Shown piece by piece: positions 62,092 to 64,000 of a DNA stretch of 64,000 nucleotides. The stretch's first letter is position 1. The number at the start of each line of letters is the position of its first letter. Made by a program: the position numbers and the translations under genes. The DNA comes from a bacterium (GTDB taxonomy: Bacteria; RBG-13-61-14; DATKZS01), in the NCBI GenBank assembly GCA_963674965.2, contig CAXXFL010000001.1:32001-96000 (forward strand), in the 5' to 3' direction. Under the pieces are notes generated by a model. It was given only the letters and a program-made list of their open reading frames with translations. It made no database searches and had not been told where the DNA came from.

Positions 62092-63698
62092 GCGTCCTCC
62101 ACCCGGTTCAGCCTGGCGAACAGGGACTTGTTGCGCTCGTATAGCTCCTTGAAGACCTCGAACCCCTCGTCGTAAACGCGGCGGTACTCGGGCCTGGGCT
62201 CGTGGGTCTTGCCGATGGGGATGAAGTCGCGGGCCTTCTCGAAGGAGGGGATGACCCCGAGCCCCACCCCGCAGATGACGGCGGCCCCCATGGTCCCCGC
62301 GTCCTGAGGCGTGTCGATGGCGTCGATGGACCGGCCCGTGACGTCGGCCATGATCTGGCTCCAGGTCTCGGACTTGGCCCCCCCACCGGCGAAGCGTATC
62401 TTGTCCCGGCGGGGCACTTTTTTCTCCATGGCCTCCAGCATCCAGCGCTTGTGATAGGCCACGCCCTCGAGCACCGCCCGCACCATCATGCGCTTGCCCG
62501 TTTTCAGGCCCAGGTTGAAGAACATCGAGCGGGCGAAGGGGTCCTCCCGAGGCGACCGGTTACCGTGCAGCCAGGGCGTGAAGATAACCCCTCCCGACCC
62601 GGGCGGCGTTTGCTCGACCGTCTCGTTCAGAAGGTCGTAAACCTCGTTGGGCAGCCAGGACTTCTCGGCCCCCCTTTGCTCGAGGTATAAGCCGATCTCG
62701 TCCATGGCCAGGTGGTCCCTTACCCACTGCAGGCAAAGGCCCGAGGTTTCCTGCTCCGCGATGTAGTTGTAGCGGCCCGGGATGGCCCCCAGTATGGAGG
62801 CCATGAAGTTGCCTATGTCCACCATCCTCTTGGCCACGTTGGCCACCACCCAGCCCGAGGTCCCCACGTAGATATGCGCGTCGTTGTCCCGGGTGCAGCC
62901 GGCCCCGATGGCCACGCAGGTCACGTCTCCTCCGCCCCCGAACACGGGGGTGTCGGGAACCAGGCCAAGCTCCTGGGCCGCCTTGGCGGTCAGCCCGCCC
63001 ACCTTGTCGGTGGAGGCGATCACCTCGGGAAGATGCCTCGGCTCGATCTTGAACATCTTGCAAAGAGGAGCGCTCCAGCCCAGCCTGCCCGGGCGGGTGT
63101 CGTAAACAAAGGTCACGTTGGCCGAGTCGTAGGTCTGGGCCGCGGCGCCCGTGCAGCGCAGGGTCAGGTAGTCCTTGACGTCCAGCCACTTGTCGGCCCG
63201 CTTGAAAACGTCCGGCTCGTTTTCCCTTACCCAGTGGTATTTCCAAAGGGGGTCCTTGGCCGTGGCGGCCATGCCCCCCGTGATCCAGAGCGAGCGAAGA
63301 CCCATGTAGGCGTTGAACTTCTGAATCTTGATCAGGCCATGGTACAGCCCTTTCTCGATCTGCCTGGTGGCCCGGGCGTCCATGTAGATCATGGGATTGC
63401 GAAGGGCCTCCCCCTCCCGGTCAACGAAGATCGAGCCCTGCATCTGGCAGCAAAAGCCCATGCCCTTGATCTTTTCCGGAGACACGCCGGAGCCCTCGAG
63501 GGTGCGCCTGGTGGCCCGGCAAACGGCCCCCCACCAGTCGTCCACCCGCTGCTCGGCGCCGCCGTCGTCGGTCATGAACAGCGGGTATTCCTCCAGGCAG
63601 GAGAAAACCTTCTCCAGGCTCTCGCCCACCCGGTAAAGGCAGGTCTTGTTGCCCGTGGTGCCTATGTCGTGCGTCAGAATATAAGTCGAGTCGTCCAT
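62088..63698 (-). CDS. FGGY-family carbohydrate kinase (xylulokinase-like)
   Basis: HDIGTTGNK, QMQG, DARA, GGGD, YVGTSGW, PWLHGNRSP, AVLEGVA, AGGGA.S..W.QIMAD. Confidence 0.9.
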   Translation of the reverse strand: MDDSTYILTHDIGTTGNKTCLYRVGESLEKVFSCLEEYPLFMTDDGGAEQRVDDWWGAVCRATRRTLEGSGVSPEKIKGMGFCCQMQGSIFVDREGEALRNPMIYMDARATRQIEKGLYHGLIKIQKFNAYMGLRSLWITGGMAATAKDPLWKYHWVRENEPDVFKRADKWLDVKDYLTLRCTGAAAQTYDSANVTFVYDTRPGRLGWSAPLCKMFKIEPRHLPEVIASTDKVGGLTAKAAQELGLVPDTPVFGGGGDVTCVAIGAGCTRDNDAHIYVGTSGWVVANVAKRMVDIGNFMASILGAIPGRYNYIAEQETSGLCLQWVRDHLAMDEIGLYLEQRGAEKSWLPNEVYDLLNETVEQTPPGSGGVIFTPWLHGNRSPREDPFARSMFFNLGLKTGKRMMVRAVLEGVAYHKRWMLEAMEKKVPRRDKIRFAGGGAKSETWSQIMADVTGRSIDAIDTPQDAGTMGAAVICGVGLGVIPSFEKARDFIPIGKTHEPRPEYRRVYDEGFEVFKELYERNKSLFARLNRVEDA

Positions 63699-63764
63699 GT
63701 CGGCCCCTTTTTCCCCGCGTATAAGCCGCCCGCCAGGGCGCCGGGAAATCATTCCCGACGAAAG

Positions 63765-64000
63765 TTACTCGGCCGGACCCACGTTGGCCAGCAGGCGGTC
63801 GAAAGACTCGAGCGCCTGATCGATCACCTCGTCCGTGTCCGCCATGCTGGTATAGAGCCTGCTTCCGGCCAGGGTGATGACTCCCTCGGCCAGGAACCCC
63901 GCTCCCATTTCCTCCATCATGTGCTTCCTGGGCTTGGCCTCCATGATGGCCTTCTTCGCGTCCTTCCTGATGTCCAGGAGCATGACCGCCGAGGTCTCGA
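63765..64000 (-). CDS. C-terminal part of a probable class III aminotransferase (runs off window end)
   Basis: Frame open to window edge; AEGVITLAGSRLYTSMA.TDEVID.AL..FD resembles the GSA-aminomutase-like C-terminus. Confidence 0.55.
   Translation of the reverse strand, partial: ETSAVMLLDIRKDAKKAIMEAKPRKHMMEEMGAGFLAEGVITLAGSRLYTSMADTDEVIDQALESFDRLLANVGPAE

Overview
High-GC bacterial chromosome segment; gene content (Dif-like Che cluster, PilGHI/Xap-like ABC genes, DUF2378-like protein, DUF4398-OmpA) suggests a Deltaproteobacteria-type organism (inference). About 51 CDSs; no rRNA, tRNA or CRISPR array seen. 1-9.3 kb (-): envelope glycosylation/export block with a 1.47-kaa YfhO + O-antigen-ligase + TPR fusion, a PilG/XapA-like TPR protein, an ABC ATPase and permease, and a second ligase-TPR. 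9.6-26 kb (+): cheR-mcp-cheW-cheY-cheA-cheC-cheD, larB-larC, a 1.6-kaa kinase with two HisKA domains, a catalytically degenerate MshEN-PilB and pilT. 26-47.6 kb: GH35-like glycosidase, tilS, a sulfatase/asnB/wecA-like/AlkP-fold block, a dehydrogenase + FGGY kinase pair, carA-3 genes-carB and an OmpA lipoprotein. 47.6-57.4 kb is accessory: low-GC orphan genes, a family of covarying REP-like hairpins including a 4 x 104-bp structured tandem array inside a sigma54-type NifX/MinD/Mrp operon, a promoter-preceded structured ncRNA candidate, and an IS5/IS1182-like element abutting a 186-bp MITE with the same TIRs. 57.4-64 kb: acs, then a minus-strand aminotransferase(partial)-FGGY-TetR-M28 run. All family calls are by eye from motifs, not from database searches.
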